63,779 nt of DNA, filler included, from Collodictyon triciliatum (GCA_043381765.1; 6 parts of 6 records of this genome joined end to end with filler, not necessarily neighbours in it); one strand, 5' to 3'; numbered from the whole stretch's first letter, positions 12,161 to 36,389 are shown. The notes: generated by a model not told the origin, from the letters alone. Made by a program: numbers and translations.

Positions 12161-14233
12161 CTTCACTGCACCCGAATCTGGGTAGTAATGAATTCGTGTG
12201 AGAATCGTTTGGCTCAAATTTTGCATATATGGGGTATAATAATGCTAAGGATAAACAAATTTGAATTAGTATGAAATATAGTTCATCCGAAAGGGTCGTA
12301 TGAAGACAATTGTAATATGTTTCGTTGGATAATTCTATAGAAAATGTACACTATAACAATTCTTCAATATTTCAATATATCGCTTCTCGCTTCGGATCAA
12401 ATCCATGATTAGCTGGTGCCTGGGCATAAGGCCTGAATGTTCTGGCGATTGAGAATAAAGTTATTTTAGAAGCTGACGACAACATTCAACGATTTTCACT
12501 TGCATATAGGGTGCGAATCCACGAGAATTACAACAGTATCACAATCACTACAGGAAAATCAAATACTAACTTAAGTTCAGAAATCTGTGTCGATCTAATT
12601 TTGCGGCATATTTATATTCCACTAATCGGACAGCACGTCGCAGATTCTGTTCAGATAGAACAGCTTCAGCTTCGAATTGTATCTGGTGCTATAGATGAAT
12701 GTCTGTTATGGCACAGCTCCTCTAAAATTGATTGGGTACGTGAAAATAACAAGATGATAATCTCCATTAAAAGAAATATGAATAGTTACCAAATGGCATA
12801 TTTGGTCTTGGTCGAGGAGGATATTTTTGCTCCGCCGTATCTTTCCAATATTTTCAATTGTGGGATGTATCTTATCGTCATCCACATCCATAGACCGGAG
12901 AATACATCTTAATATTTTATCCATAGAAGGGGCCAAATCCTACTCAGAAATGAGCCATTTGTGAACACATATAACAACTTCACTATGCATGAAAAATATA
13001 CCTCTTGCTACATGATTCAAGGAAAATGAATTTTACAAATACAAAAAAAAAAAAAAAAACCCAGTGAAAACTCACTGTTGGGTTCACATATGATCGCGCT
13101 GATCTCCCGAACTTAATTCCACTCGCGGGCAGCATCGATATAACTGGGATAGAAAAAACCGGCTTCACGTTGACCAAAGGACTAATGACCTCACCATTCG
13201 ATTTTTCTGTGTGGACAAATCGGCATATGAATGTATTAATTACCCAAATGCAATAAATACAATACAATACAATACAATACAATACAATACAATACAATAC
13301 AATACAATACAATACAATACAATACAATACAATACAATACAATACAATACAATACAACACAACACAACACAACACAACACAACACAACACAACACAACAC
13401 AACACAATAAATGAAATATAACTCAAAGGAAGAGAGCAAAATGTGTAAAGCAAACTCAGTTCCAAAACTATCTCTGGGCCCACGACTGTCCGCTCTCTCT
13501 GCTCTGGCTGCATCAAAGGCGACCTTGGGATACCACTTGATTGGGGCGGACTTTTTGTCCCGATCTGAGCAGGTTTCCGTGCGTTGGATGCGACTCTCTT
13601 TGAAGCTTTGTCACGCTGCTGAGCCGATCTTGTCGGAACAGCATTTGCAGGACCGTCCGAAACCACACCTGTTGCGCGGGACGCGGCATATGAAGCAGTC
13701 GGCCGAGCATAGCGGGGGATGGAAGGAATCTTTGCCTGCGCGTCGATCACGCCCGATCCAACCACACCAGAAGAGACCGGTGTTGTGGACAAAGCCAACC
13801 GCTTCGATCGTGCGCCGCTCAAAGCCGACTTTGCCGGTGGTTTGTTTGAGGAGGCGAGTTCGGGAGTGTCCTTTGGCAAGTTTGCTTGAGAAGGCAAGGG
13901 TTCCTCACTAGAGCGAGTTGTCTTTGGAGGTTGGTTCTCTTGAGAAGCCTGATTTGCGTCAGACTCTTGAGTTGGTTGAAGAGACTGGGCGGCTTCGCTT
14001 GGAGAAGGCGGAAGTGGAAGCGGCGGCGGATCGCGTCGCTTTGGCGAGTCTGGTGGGAGGATTATCGGGGCCGCTGAGAACGCAACGCGTGGGCGATCAT
14101 TCTTTGCGGCTTTGCGGACGAGAAGGTGGTCGCGATCGTCGTGGAAACAGACTTTGCAGGCCGTCGGCTGACTCAGCGCTGGCTCGAAGGCGCGGCACGA
14201 ACACGTCCCGCGTTTGCAGTGCCCGCGACTCAT
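12161..14233 (-). CDS. Protein with N-terminal Cys/His Zn-binding motif and the start of a RhoGEF (DH) domain; 3'-truncated by gap
   Basis: ATG at 14233 gives MSRGHCKRGTCSCRAF...CKVCFHDDRDH, then a P/S-rich linker. Spliced exons then encode RHQLIMDLIRSEKRYIEILKNCYS|HYYTPY (~12440-12200), which resembles the first conserved helix of DH domains (R..I..EL..TE..Y...L). Confidence 0.65.
13256..13407. repeat. (AATAC)n-(AACAC)n microsatellite in first intron
   Basis: Directly visible. Confidence 0.95.
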
Positions 14234-14324
14234 CCGCTGGCGACTTTTCGGCTCTTTGGGCGATTTTTCCTTTTCCTTGTGGTAGGGGGTTCCGATTAAT
14301 ATCTGCGTTGCCTGTTTGTGTTAT

Positions 14325-14431
14325 TTGTTTTGTTTTGTTTTGTTTTGTTTTGTTTTGTTTTGTTTTGTTTTGTTTTGTTTTGTTTTGTTTTGTTTTGTTT
14401 TGTTTTGTTTTGTTTTGTTTTGTTTTGTTTG
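14325..14431. repeat. (TTTTG)n microsatellite
   Basis: Directly visible. Confidence 0.95.
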
Positions 14432-15091
14432 ACGTGCATCTGTGGCGTGGTGGAGAGTTTAGTTGAGACATGGTGACCCATATAATTTTCTTCATTATTC
14501 TTTCCTTTTCNNNNNNNNNNNNNNNNNNNNNNNNNNNNNNNNNNNNNNNNNNNNNNNNNNNNNNNNNNNNNNNNNNNNNNNNNNNNNNNNNNNNNNNNNN
14601 NNNNNNNNNNNNNNNNNNNNNNNNNNNNNNNNNNNNNNNNNNNNNNNNNNNNNNNNNNNNNNNNNNNNNNNNNNNNNNNNNNNNNNNNNNNNNNNNNNNN
14701 NNNNNNNNNNNNNNNNNNNNNNNNNNNNNNNNNNNNNNNNNNNNNNNNNNNNNNNNNNNNNNNNNNNNNNNNNNNNNNNNNNNNNNNNNNNNNNNNNNNN
14801 NNNNNNNNNNNNNNNNNNNNNNNNNNNNNNNNNNNNNNNNNNNNNNNNNNNNNNNNNNNNNNNNNNNNNNNNNNNNNNNNNNNNNNNNNNNNNNNNNNNN
14901 NNNNNNNNNNNNNNNNNNNNNNNNNNNNNNNNNNNNNNNNNNNNNNNNNNNNNNNNNNNNNNNNNNNNNNNNNNNNNNNNNNNNNNNNNNNNNNNNNNNN
15001 NNNNNNNNNNNNNNNNNNNNNNNNNNNNNNNNNNNNNNNNNNNNNNNNNNNNNNNNNNNNNNNNNNNNNNNNNNNNNNNNNNNNNNNNNNN

Positions 15092-15420
15092 TCTTTCTCT
15101 TTCTCTTTCTCTTTCTCTTTCTCTTTCTCTTTCTCTTTCTCTTCTGGAGTTGGTGATTCTCGGAAACATTGGGGTGAACAGGACTATGCGGTGCTTACAG
15201 CGCTTACTCTTGAAACACACGTGAAAACAATAATATAAAAGCAGGCTGATAGTCTTCTGATGGAGAAAGACTTTCTGTTGTAGCCATATTTTCTTCATTT
15301 GTTTGTTTCTTCATTTCTTCATTTGTTTGTTTGTTTGTTTGTTTGTTTGTTTGTTTGTTTGTTTGTTTGTTTGTTTGTTTGTTTGTTTGTTTGTTTGTTT
15401 GTTTGTTTGTTTGTTTGTTG
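15092..15420. repeat. (TCTTTC)n and (GTTT)n microsatellites
   Basis: Directly visible at 15092-15142 and about 15321-15420. Confidence 0.9.
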
Positions 15421-15471
15421 CTAATGATCGGGACTTTAGTTCACCCGTAGCATAGAGCTACAGCCAGCAAT

Positions 15472-18400
15472 ATGTCAGGTTTTTTCTTTCATCTCGAATA
15501 TTTTTATTTTTGTTGTTACTTTTATTATTCTCGATTCCTGCTCCTCTGTTCTTTATGCCTTTGACCATTTCTATTCTCCACCCAACTCCTTATTTTTCCA
15601 TTTATATTTTTTGGAATAAAATTTTATGTCTGGTAAAAGGAGTATAGAGTCGCCTATACTTTAATGAATTGTTAATCATGTGTTACCACAATAACAGAGT
15701 CAGTGGTGGGAAAGCAGATTGACTACACAGCAAGTAAGTGTTTTGAAACTTGGATCTTGAAGTCACAATCCACCAATTGGCTTATCACATCTGTATTTTC
15801 CCCTACAAATTGTTTATGCAAGCATCCATTTCAAGTGAATAAAGGGAAAAATGTGTGACATCCGTTTTTTTTTTTTATTTTTTTATTTTTATTATTATTG
15901 TTCTTACGAAATACGTAAACAGTTTTAAAAAATGCACACGATTTGCACACCATTTTCATGAACAATAGACGCCATGTCATAAAAGAATAAACTTTAACTA
16001 TTATCTCCAGTACGTATAATATCATAACTTTTCAATATAGTTAGCTTACTAGAAGTAAGCGAAAGTTCTACACCACTCGATAGGTTCAAACTTTATGCAT
16101 CCAGTGAACACAACTATCGCAGGTAAATATATTTGATTTCCAAACTGGGTGCTAAAAACAGTAACTGGTGATTCATTTAGACATTCCTTGCTCCTACATA
16201 ATATTTCGACTTTGACATGTTAATTAATTGCTTAAACATTAATACGTAAAGGCAATATGCAGTTAAGCATATCGATACCTATTTTTCGGATTTATCACGA
16301 ATGGAGCTCCTCGAAGTATTTGGATATGTCGATAAGCTCAAAAATGACATAGACAGCAACGTAAGACAAACTTTGGCCGAAAATATAGGTCTAGTCTCTG
16401 ATGTATTTTTAAAGGTATTATGTCCTCTATCTAAAAAATACACTCAACTTTATATATGCACTTTGCCTTTTTATTTTATTTTATTAATTACGTAGTGTCT
16501 CCCTGAATAACTAAATTGTAAATTCTGAATGATCGTCGATAAATACTTAAGCAATTTAGGATATTATTTATTTAAATTGATAAAAGATTACCATATCATC
16601 ATGAAAAATCATTTGTGATGTATAATGCTTATGTAATTCTATTTAAAAGACCGAAGAAGATGCCGAATCACCGCAAAATTGGTTATCTACAACCGTGGTC
16701 CTATCGAATATTATTGGATTAATGCAGGATTCGATCGCTCAGGTCATCTTTTCTCTAGAATATTTAGCGCAATTCAATATATTTTTCTTTACCTTTTTAT
16801 TTTTGTAACCTAGATGTGATATTTTCTGCGCTTACTTGTGATTGATTTTCAGATAAGAGTAGCTTCAGGCTCTAGCTTATGCAAAATGTCACAAAAAATG
16901 GGAGTCCAATACACAAGTGCATTCATATTGCCCTTTGTTAATGAATTGATCTCTTCCGGTTCTGATGATACAAAAATAAACGCCATCGAGGTACTCTTTT
17001 TGCTAACAATAACAAGACAAACGACTTTATATACCCTACACCAATAACACATTTTATTAATAGAAATTCACCTTCAAGTTCCAAAAAAAGTTGTCTTATA
17101 TACACCTTACTCCATACTTCTCTATTTACCAAAAAATAAAATAAAATAAAATATAGACTATAGGGTCACTGGCCGATTATTTCCCGAATGAAATGACCCG
17201 AGAACACATATTCCCCATTTATATGCGCATCTCGGCGATTACTTCTCATCGAATTCTGAAGGTTTTTAGACCTGAATAATACTCCATAAATCATACATAT
17301 ATATGCTTATTTACCGCCTTTTAATCATTATTTTTTAAAAATTAATTGGAGACGTCAAACTGAACCAAAACATCACCACATAAAAAAGATGATAAAATTC
17401 GTTATTAAATAGGCCATTATCGCAATATTACCAAAAATTGGGGCCTGTCTAAGCTCAGAGGAGCGCTCGTCTATTCTAGTAAGATAATGCAATAGCCATC
17501 GCTCATTCATATAAAAAAGTTTCAAATTTACCACCCAGTTTAACATATATTGCTTGTTTCTAATTGATGACAACAACTAGATTCCGCTTTTTCAACAGTG
17601 GTCCAAGAATCCCATCTGGCAAGTTAGAAAGTCATGCTGTGAAGTTGTGGTTGAATTCTCTAAAGTATAGGCAGAATATTTCTCCCACCATCTAAACCAT
17701 AAAAAGAATTTTCTGTACCTCCCTCTTTTTTTTTTTCGATTTTTTTTGAAGAAATTCAAGGTTTGGTCGTATTGATTACAAACTAAGACGATTTTATCTC
17801 ATTAAAGTTATTATCTTCCGACGTCATTAACCAAGAAATCACACCAACAATTTTGGCGTTGACGGAGGACAATTCTCGTTGGGTGAAGAATGCTGTGAAT
17901 GATGTCATCGGACCCTTCATCCTTCTATTTAACAACCAAGTATACATACTTTTAGGCTGTTTTTGGCTCTCAGTAAAATATTTTGACACTAAAATACGCT
18001 TCTGAAAACTTTTCTTTTCTCTGATTTCCATTTCTAAAAAAAATATAAAAAAAACGATATATGTTGGGCGTATTCGCCTTTATAGAGCGTGGACAAGAGA
18101 CTTGTGGAGATATTCATCCAAATGCCGCAGAGCTCAAGTTCACGAGGCGGAGATCCAGAGGGCTCGTATCACTGCGCCTTTTCTTTTGCAGGTGGACTGG
18201 GAATATTTGTTGAGTGCCGCTTAAAGCCGTACATTCCACCAGAATAACCAATTATTACACCATATATTACAGCCGTTCTTCAGCTTGTCGGTGAGGAATC
18301 ATGGCCCAGGTTATATCCCGTATTTGAAGCCTTAAAAAGAGATATAAAGGTAATGAACAATACCGGCCCCGTTTCTTTACAACCAATTTAGAGAACAAAA

Positions 18401-20093
18401 GCTAGTCATATATTGCTGATGAGATATTGTTAATCTACGTTTGATACTTGAATTTATGATTGAACATCCTTAGCAGAAAAAATATTGAGAAAGGAAGTTA
18501 TAGCTATGCAAATGTAATAATAAAAGAAAGGATATACTTTCTTTTAGTTCAAGGTTCGCAGACCATTGGCCTTTTCCCTTCCTCTTATTGGACAGGTCAT
18601 AGGACCAAATGCGTCAGAGTCTGACCTATTACCCACGTTCGAAATGTTTCTCATGGATTTGGATGATGTACTTGTCCTTATCCTTCCTTAATATCCATGA
18701 ATTAAATTTCAAAAAAATGCTATATATTTTCCTTTTTGATGAAAAGGTTATACCAAATACAATTATATGACCTATCACTTAACATGTGATGCCATATGCT
18801 TAATCATAAGGTCAAATTTGGGGCGATAAAAATATATGCAGATTTTGTTGCAACATTAAATGAAAGTGGGAGAGAGTCTGCCCTACACCTTCTTTCAAAA
18901 ATTCTTACCGATAGCGGACATCAATGGAGGTCTCGAAGCAAAATTGCAAAGTCAGTTAAATCTTATTCATAATTAATACCATTTTTGTCACGTACAATTT
19001 ATTCATGTGATAATTTCACTTCTCAAAGGCACATCTTATGGAAAAAAATTAAAAGAAAGGTATTATTTTGCAATATCTTCTGATCAATAGACAAGTTCCA
19101 AAGTTCTGTCAGATTCTCTCTGGGCCGCACTTGGTTCATTATGCCCTTCCTACTTTCTTTTACTTGCTCAGTGATTCTGTCGGAAAAGTTCGAAATATAG
19201 CTTCCTTGGCAGTGAGCCATTAATACCTATTTGTCGATTCACCAACTTACGTATATTATTAATGAGCGTAATTTTATCATTAGTCCATACTATATATTTA
19301 TTTCCTACCACCTTGCACCATAAAATATGCCTGTTTACTGATATACACAATTGCACATCATCGACGATAATAAGCTGCCAGATGTATATCGGGCTGTAAA
19401 TGATAAAGCACCCGACCAGATGGACCGTCTCCTTTCTTCTGTGGTCGAATATGGAAACGCTCCACAATTCACCCGTAGACAATCGTAAACTCTTCAATCT
19501 TACTATACGTATCATATTTTATTTGCCTGCTCTTCAAGCGATCTTGACTATCCTCAGTTGATTTTTTATTTTCTAGAAACTATTTTTTTTTTAAAAAAAA
19601 AAACAACTAAATATTAATTACCTTTCTTTTCCCATTCCAATCTCAACTGCCAATTTGTATTACATCATAGCTTCGTGAATATGTGTATTCCATTTGTGCG
19701 GGAACTTTCTGCGGACACCATCAGCAAAACCGTCCTTCCGACCCTTCGAGCATTAATCGGGGATCATGTCCCAAACATCCGCATGTCCCTTTGCAAAGTC
19801 TTTGGTAACATGACATCTTTACCAGGTTAGGCTCTTTTGTTTCTATCATTTATGCGAATATGACTGTGGCCATTACCATAATAATCACAATCACAATCAC
19901 AATCACAATCACAATCACAATCACAATCACAATTATTACTTCTGTGCACGCAGAATTCCGTGAGTATTCCCTTCAAGTCTTGTGCAATTTCATCGAGGAC
20001 GCCGATGGCGGTGTTCGGACAGAGGCTGCTCATTGGGTTGAACGCTCCGATAGCCATGAAGAGGCCGGGACAGAGATGGAGATTACTGCCTGA
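15472..20093 (+). CDS. PPP4R1: Serine/threonine protein phosphatase 4 regulatory subunit 1-like HEAT-repeat protein
   Basis: About 17 phase-consistent exons. Motifs: PLDRFKLYASSE, WQVRKSC, EDNSRWVKNA, HCAFSFAAVLQLVG..W, FKVRRPLAFSL...DLLPTFEMFLMDLDDVKFG, WRSRSKIA, DHVPNIR. Stop TGA at 20091-20093. Confidence 0.85.
19883..19932. repeat. (ATCACA)n in last PP4R1 intron
   Basis: Directly visible. Confidence 0.9.
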
Positions 20094-20149
20094 CATGAAT
20101 CGGCCATAAACGCACACGCACTCTGATTTACCAGAAACTCAGATTATCA

Positions 20150-20290
20150 CACCCACCCACCCACTCACTCACTCACTCACTCACTCACTCACTCACTCAC
20201 TCACTCACTCACTCACTCACTCACTCACTCACTCACTCACTCACTCACTCACTCACTCACTCACACACTCACTCATTCACTCACTCACTC
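20150..20290. repeat. (CACT)n intergenic microsatellite
   Basis: Directly visible. Confidence 0.95.
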
Positions 20291-20351
20291 AGACAAGTGC
20301 AAACAAACTCCAAAAAAGAAAAAAAAAAAGGAGAACAGGCTACTTTGGCGC

Positions 20352-22891
20352 ATGTCGATCGAGACTTCAGCGAGCGACGCGATCCTGACGGCCCATCAGC
20401 TGCGTCGAGTGCGTCGTGCAGACTGTGGCAATGGGCTCTACGCTACAGCCTTCTTCCCAGCAGGTTTCTTTTGGAGTGGCGACTTCCATAACAAAGCAAG
20501 GCAATAGGCAAAAGACATAGCCATGTTAATATATTCATTATACAATACAATACACCACAATTCATTTCATTTCAATACAGTCCAATACAATACAATACAA
20601 TATAGTATAATATATATATATATAGAGTACAAATATAATATAAATACAAATAAGAGTCCAAATTACAAAAGTAAGCAACTAATGCAAACAAAATAATACC
20701 GATACATAATGTTAATATAAATAGCATCCAAAATAAAATATCAAATTAAATATAAATATAGACTTGATGGACCCCTTTTTTGTTTGTTTGTTTTCACTTT
20801 TTTTTTTACAAAAAAAACAAATACAAAAAAAAAAATACTACGACGCAGGCCATACAATTATATCGTCCGCTCCATCTGCCACAGTCGTCCACTCCACAGA
20901 ACAGAGGGTGCGTTGCCACTCCTGCTTCAAGACTGGACGCGATACTGAAGATTCCCTGCGGCGTTGTTCGCGATGTAAATCTGTCTGGTACTGCGGCGCA
21001 GAGTGCCAGCGACGCCACTGGAAAGACACACACCAAGCCGAGTGCGCACACTTTGCCCGCCTGGCTTCAATGCATCCGACAGACAGCATCATTTTGATGG
21101 CGCGCTTTTGCCGCAGTGTGATGAAGCAATCTGAGTCATCAGTCATTGGGGAGGCCGTGATGTCCTTGGACGCTCACATAGGCCACTGGGCTGCAGACCG
21201 GCAAATGCAATTTGCGCAGATGGCTGTCCTTGTGCGTGATCTGCTGGGATTCGACCCATCAGAAACATCCGCCCTCCCGATCGACCGCATCGTCCTGTGG
21301 TTTGGTTTACTGCTTTGCAACAGCTTCAATGTCTGCGATGATGAAATGCGCAGCATTGGGATAGGTTTCTATCCCATTCTCGCCTGGGTGAATCATTCCT
21401 GCCAACCAAACTGCGTCGCCGTATTTGACGGCCCGCGTATGTCCATCCGTGCTATCACGGACATCAGCCCAGAGGCACAAATCACAATCAGCTACATCGA
21501 GATTGCGCAGTCTACTGCGACCAGACAAGCTTACTTGAAGGAACACTTTTTCTTCCTGTGTGCTTGTGAGAGATGCAAATCGCCTCTCGATGCATACTTG
21601 AGTGCGTATGCGTGTCCTTCGTGGACAGAGTCGCAATCCAAGTGCATCGGTATGTTGAGTGAAGGCGGGACGAACAGATTGCAAAAATATATATCCACTC
21701 TTGAGTCGTTTAGAGATAATGTAGATGCGCTCACAAACGAAGCCGAGTTGAGAAGTAGTAAAGAATCCGATGCTGTGAGTTGCCATGTGTGCAAGAGACA
21801 TGCAGATATCCACGCGAGACAGGAGTCTCTCTTGTCTGTACGGAGTGTCTATAAATTGCTCATGGAGAAAAGGAGTCGTGGTGATAGGGCAAACCTGGGA
21901 CCGAAGCTGGCAGAGACATTAAAGAGGGCAGCAGCTATCCTTCATTGCGCAAACGCTGAGGTATTGAGTAGTACAAGAATGAAACCCCCAAACCTTCCTT
22001 GATGATGTTTGAAATGGATTAGTATGTCAGTTTGAAGGAAAGGAAAGGAATCTAAAGCAATACGGGTGTGGTTTATCTTTCTCTCTTTTTTTTTAAATGA
22101 TAATCGTTCCACAATCCCTTTACGTTTGTATAGCTTGTTAGCATGGCCAATGAGGTGCAGACGGCTGCCATCGACAATCAGGATTATGAAGCAGCTTTCG
22201 AAGCCAGTCAAGTTCTCTTGGTGGCACACAAGAGTAGTGATTCCATTCTATTAAAAAAAAAAGTGATTGCTTTTTCCTCCCTTGCTCTTTCTTTTTCTTA
22301 CTTTCTCCTACTACCAAGCATTATAACAGACCAGCCCATGCAGCATATTGTCAAGATTGCAAAACTAATTTCTACTCAACCATACAGAAATATACCCGGA
22401 GAATTGGCCGATACTCGGATTACAATATTTTATGGTTGGAAAAATAGCCTGGTGCGGTCACACAAATATATGCATATATGTTGAATTATTTATTTATTTG
22501 ACCATTATTTCAAGAGAATTATGTAAAATCGGAGCATATTATTGTTATTTTCGACTCTGATAATCTCCTCGTTTCATCGTCCACATAAAATGTCGTGATA
22601 TGCTTTAATGGAAAAAAAATAACGTCCATCTCCCACAAAAGAAAAACTCTATCACCTTTTTTTTTTATTGTCCATTTTTATATTCATGCATTGTTAGTTT
22701 TTAGAAATTTAAATGTTTTATTACATTGGCGAACTAGGTATTTGGAAAAAACAGGAAAGGCATTATCAAATTTGCAAAAGGCTCATACAATTTTATCCGT
22801 TTCTCATGGCTCCACTCATCCACTTGTATACGACCTTTCTCAACGAATTCAAGAAGCAAAAGCAGAGTCATCATACAAAAGGATATCTTAG
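20352..22891 (+). CDS. SMYD-family SET/MYND lysine methyltransferase
   Basis: Five exons. Split SET N-part GNGLYAT; MYND finger RCSRCKSVWYCGAECQRRHW..HQAEC; NHSCQPNC; ITISYI; post-SET FLCACERC; C-terminal TPR-like YPENWPILGLQYFMVGK and SHGSTHPLV. Confidence 0.93.
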
Positions 22892-22997
22892 GATAGAATA
22901 AAAAAAAAATTCTTTTCAGTGACCGATGCTTTAAATAAACCGTTTTAATATTTATTTTTCACGCACATTTATTCTAGCTTTCATTATGAATCGTCTG

Positions 22998-26370
<3,373 letters not shown>

Positions 26371-26452
26371 TCTGGAGCGAGAGGCAGAGCGGATGAGACG
26401 AGGAGAGAGGTTTTCTTTATTAACTCTTTTGTTTTTTTGTTTTTAATTTTGT

Positions 26453-27133
26453 TGTGTTTTTTGTGTTTTTTGTGTTTTTTGTGTTTTTTGTGTTTTTTGT
26501 GTTTTTTGTGTTTTTTGTGTTTTTTGTGTTTTTTGTGTTTTTTGTGTTTTGTTTTGTTTTGTGTTTTGTTTTGTGTTTTGTTTTGTGTTTTGTTTTTTGT
26601 GTTTCTGTGTTTTCTTTTTTGTGTTTTGTTTTTTGTGTTTCTGTATTTTTGTGTTTTTGTGTTTTTGTGTTTTTGTGTTTTTGTGTTTTTGTTTTTTGTG
26701 TTTCTGTGTTTCTGTGTTTCTGTGTTTCTGTGTTTCTGTGTTTCTGTGTTTCTGTGTTTTTGTGGTTTTGTTTTTGTTTTTGTTTTTTGTGTTTCTGTGT
26801 TTTTGTGTTTTTGTGTTTTTGTGTTTTTGTGTTTTTGTGTTTTTGTGTTTTTGTGTTTTTGTGTTTTTGTGTTTTTGTGTTTTTGTGTTTTTGTGTTTTT
26901 GTGTTTTTGTTTTTTGTTTTTTNNNNNNNNNNNNNNNNNNNNNNNNNNNNNNNNNNNNNNNNNNNNTTAATTAATTAANNNNNNNNNNNNNNNNNNNNNN
27001 NNNNNNNNNNNNNNNNNNNNNNATTGTATTGTATTGTATTGTATTGTATTGTATTGTATTGTATTGTATTGTATTGTATTGTATTGTATTGTATTGTATT
27101 GTATTGTATTGTATTGTATTGTATTGTATTGTA
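26453..27133. repeat. (TGTGTTTTT)n variants and (ATTGT)n flanking the second linker
   Basis: Directly visible. Confidence 0.95.
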
Positions 27134-27147
27134 TAAAATTAATTCAG

Positions 27148-34058
<6,911 letters not shown>

Positions 34059-34771
34059 GCGTGTCCACGCTCCGCGTGTGATTCTCCGATGGCCAGACCA
34101 AGGAGGACGGCTACAGGCAGGCGAGAGAGAGAAGAAAAAGAACGACATTNNNNNNNNNNNNNNNNNNNNNNNNNNNNNNNNNNNNNNNNNNNNNNNNNNN
34201 NNNNNNNNNNNNNNNNNNNNNNNNNNNNNNNNNNNNNNNNNNNNNNNNNNNNNNNNNNNNNNNNNNNNNNNNNNNNNNNNNNNNNNNNNNNNNNNNNNNN
34301 NNNNNNNNNNNNNNNNNNNNNNNNNNNNNNNNNNNNNNNNNNNNNNNNNNNNNNNNNNNNNNNNNNNNNNNNNNNNNNNNNNNNNNNNNNNNNNNNNNNN
34401 NNNNNNNNNNNNNNNNNNNNNNNNNNNNNNNNNNNNNNNNNNNNNNNNNNNNNNNNNNNNNNNNNNNNNNNNNNNNNNNNNNNNNNNNNNNNNNNNNNNN
34501 NNNNNNNNNNNNNNNNNNNNNNNNNNNNNNNNNNNNNNNNNNNNNNNNNNNNNNNNNNNNNNNNNNNNNNNNNNNNNNNNNNNNNNNNNNNNNNNNNNNN
34601 NNNNNNNNNNNNNNNNNNNNNNNNNNNNNNNNNNNNNNNNNNNNNNNNNNNNNNNNNNNNNNNNNNNNNNNNNNNNNNNNNNNNNAAAAGGAAGGAAGGA
34701 AGGTAGGAAAAAGGAAAGGGAAGGAACAACCAATCATATTTGTAGATATACAAAAGCTAGAGACAATATAC

Positions 34772-36389
34772 TTCGGTTTCTAGGAATGCATCAAACGCCT
34801 CCTCAGTTGTTTCTGGGCGATAATACAGTTCGCGAATATCAAGCATAGAATCCTTGTAGAGCTCTTTGGCACTCGTCTCTCCCTTCAATAAATGAGTCAA
34901 CAGAATGATTTTAACTCATCTTACAAGGCCACAAAGCAAAATATATATAAATGATTAAATAACCGGCTTGAACTTGAGTGAAGCAAACGCAGGTGTTTTC
35001 CATACCTTGATAGACTGGACATAGCGGAACATACGGGCGACGATTATGGCACCACTGCCATCCTCAACCAAATTGGCAATCCCTAGCATGAAAGGTGGAA
35101 TGATTATATTCTTTCCAAACAAAATACATATGCCCGCTGTGTGGTGAATCTTCGGGTGGGGGGTGAGGCTTCGGTATAGTTCAGTAAAGCGTTGAAGTTA
35201 GCTACCATCTCTGACGAATCCCCAGGGAATCAGCGAATCAAAGATAGCAGAAACTACATAACGACATCGAATGAAAAGCAGGTATTAGATATTGGTGCGA
35301 AAGGTGGGCTCTGGTAGGTTATTCGATAAGTTCTATGAATAGGCTGGCCATTTAATAAGGCAGTGATTTACAGGACTAAGAATCAGTGCTCATTTCATAA
35401 ATAGAAATGGAAAGAAAAGGTTTCTTTGCCCGCCACAAAATCGACACTTTTATATAGTAAGTGATTCATCCACTACCACTGTTTTATTTCAATTTCTAAA
35501 TGTTTTTTTTTTAAAAAAAATTGTATATTGCTAACCTGTGACCATAGGCAAGTTCCTTTCGATGTTGGGAATATCCAGCTTCAAGTCCTTGTAGCGGTCA
35601 TATATAATTTGGAATCTTGACCAAGAAAAATAAATGGGCGATTTGTATGAGAAGAAAATAGAAACAAAAGTATAAATCCAAGACACAGCTATGGATTCAG
35701 AACATCAGCAGCTTACCCTGTTATCAGTTCTTGTGTGGATATGAGTCTGTCCTTGTGATGGAAGTAGGCCAGGGCCTTGACCACCAGCTCAGCTCCCTCG
35801 GGAGTGTTTTTCGACATGGCATAAGACAAAGCGCACTAAACCGAGATAGTTTCACGAAAACATCGAAACCGGATGCGTATGTGATAAGTCACAGTGTATT
35901 CGTCGTTGAGGTGGATGGGTGGAAGGCTACCTTGATAAACTCTACACCGCCATTCGGAGGAGGGAGACGAATCAACTGGGAAATAAGTGGATTTGATAGT
36001 GACATGAGATTAGAATTATTCAATCCAGAATGGAAATGAGTGAAAGTGCTATCTTGTCCGTGAAAAAACATCAAAAAGTAAAATAAAATAAAGATGTGTC
36101 CGGTTGATTCTGCAAGAGGACAATGGGTGAGTATGTGTTTGTCTGATGTCGGGAAAGTGGAAGACTCACAACAGGCTTCACGACAGATGCATCAGAAGTA
36201 TCGACATATTTATCGAGTGCTTCGATGATTTGGATTCGTGTGGACCTAAGTTGTGCATTCAGGGCGTGATAACCGACGTCGTATAAAAGAAAAAAAAAAC
36301 AGAAAAGATAAATCAGGAGAAAGGAGAAAAGAAAATAAGGAGAGAAAATATAGGGAGATGGAACGATAAAAACAAGCACACGATTGCAT
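34772..36389 (-). CDS. MA3 (MI) domain region of eIF4G/PDCD4 type; 3' end runs into gap
   Basis: Spliced exons encode STRIQIIEALDKYVDTSD, LISTQELITGFQIIYDRYKDLKLDIPN, LVEDGSGA and GETSAKELYKDSMLDIRE...FDAFLETE. This matches the MA3 signature GF......DL.LD.P and the post-MA3 helices of eIF4G. The start (MQS at 36389) and one internal exon are uncertain. Confidence 0.72.
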
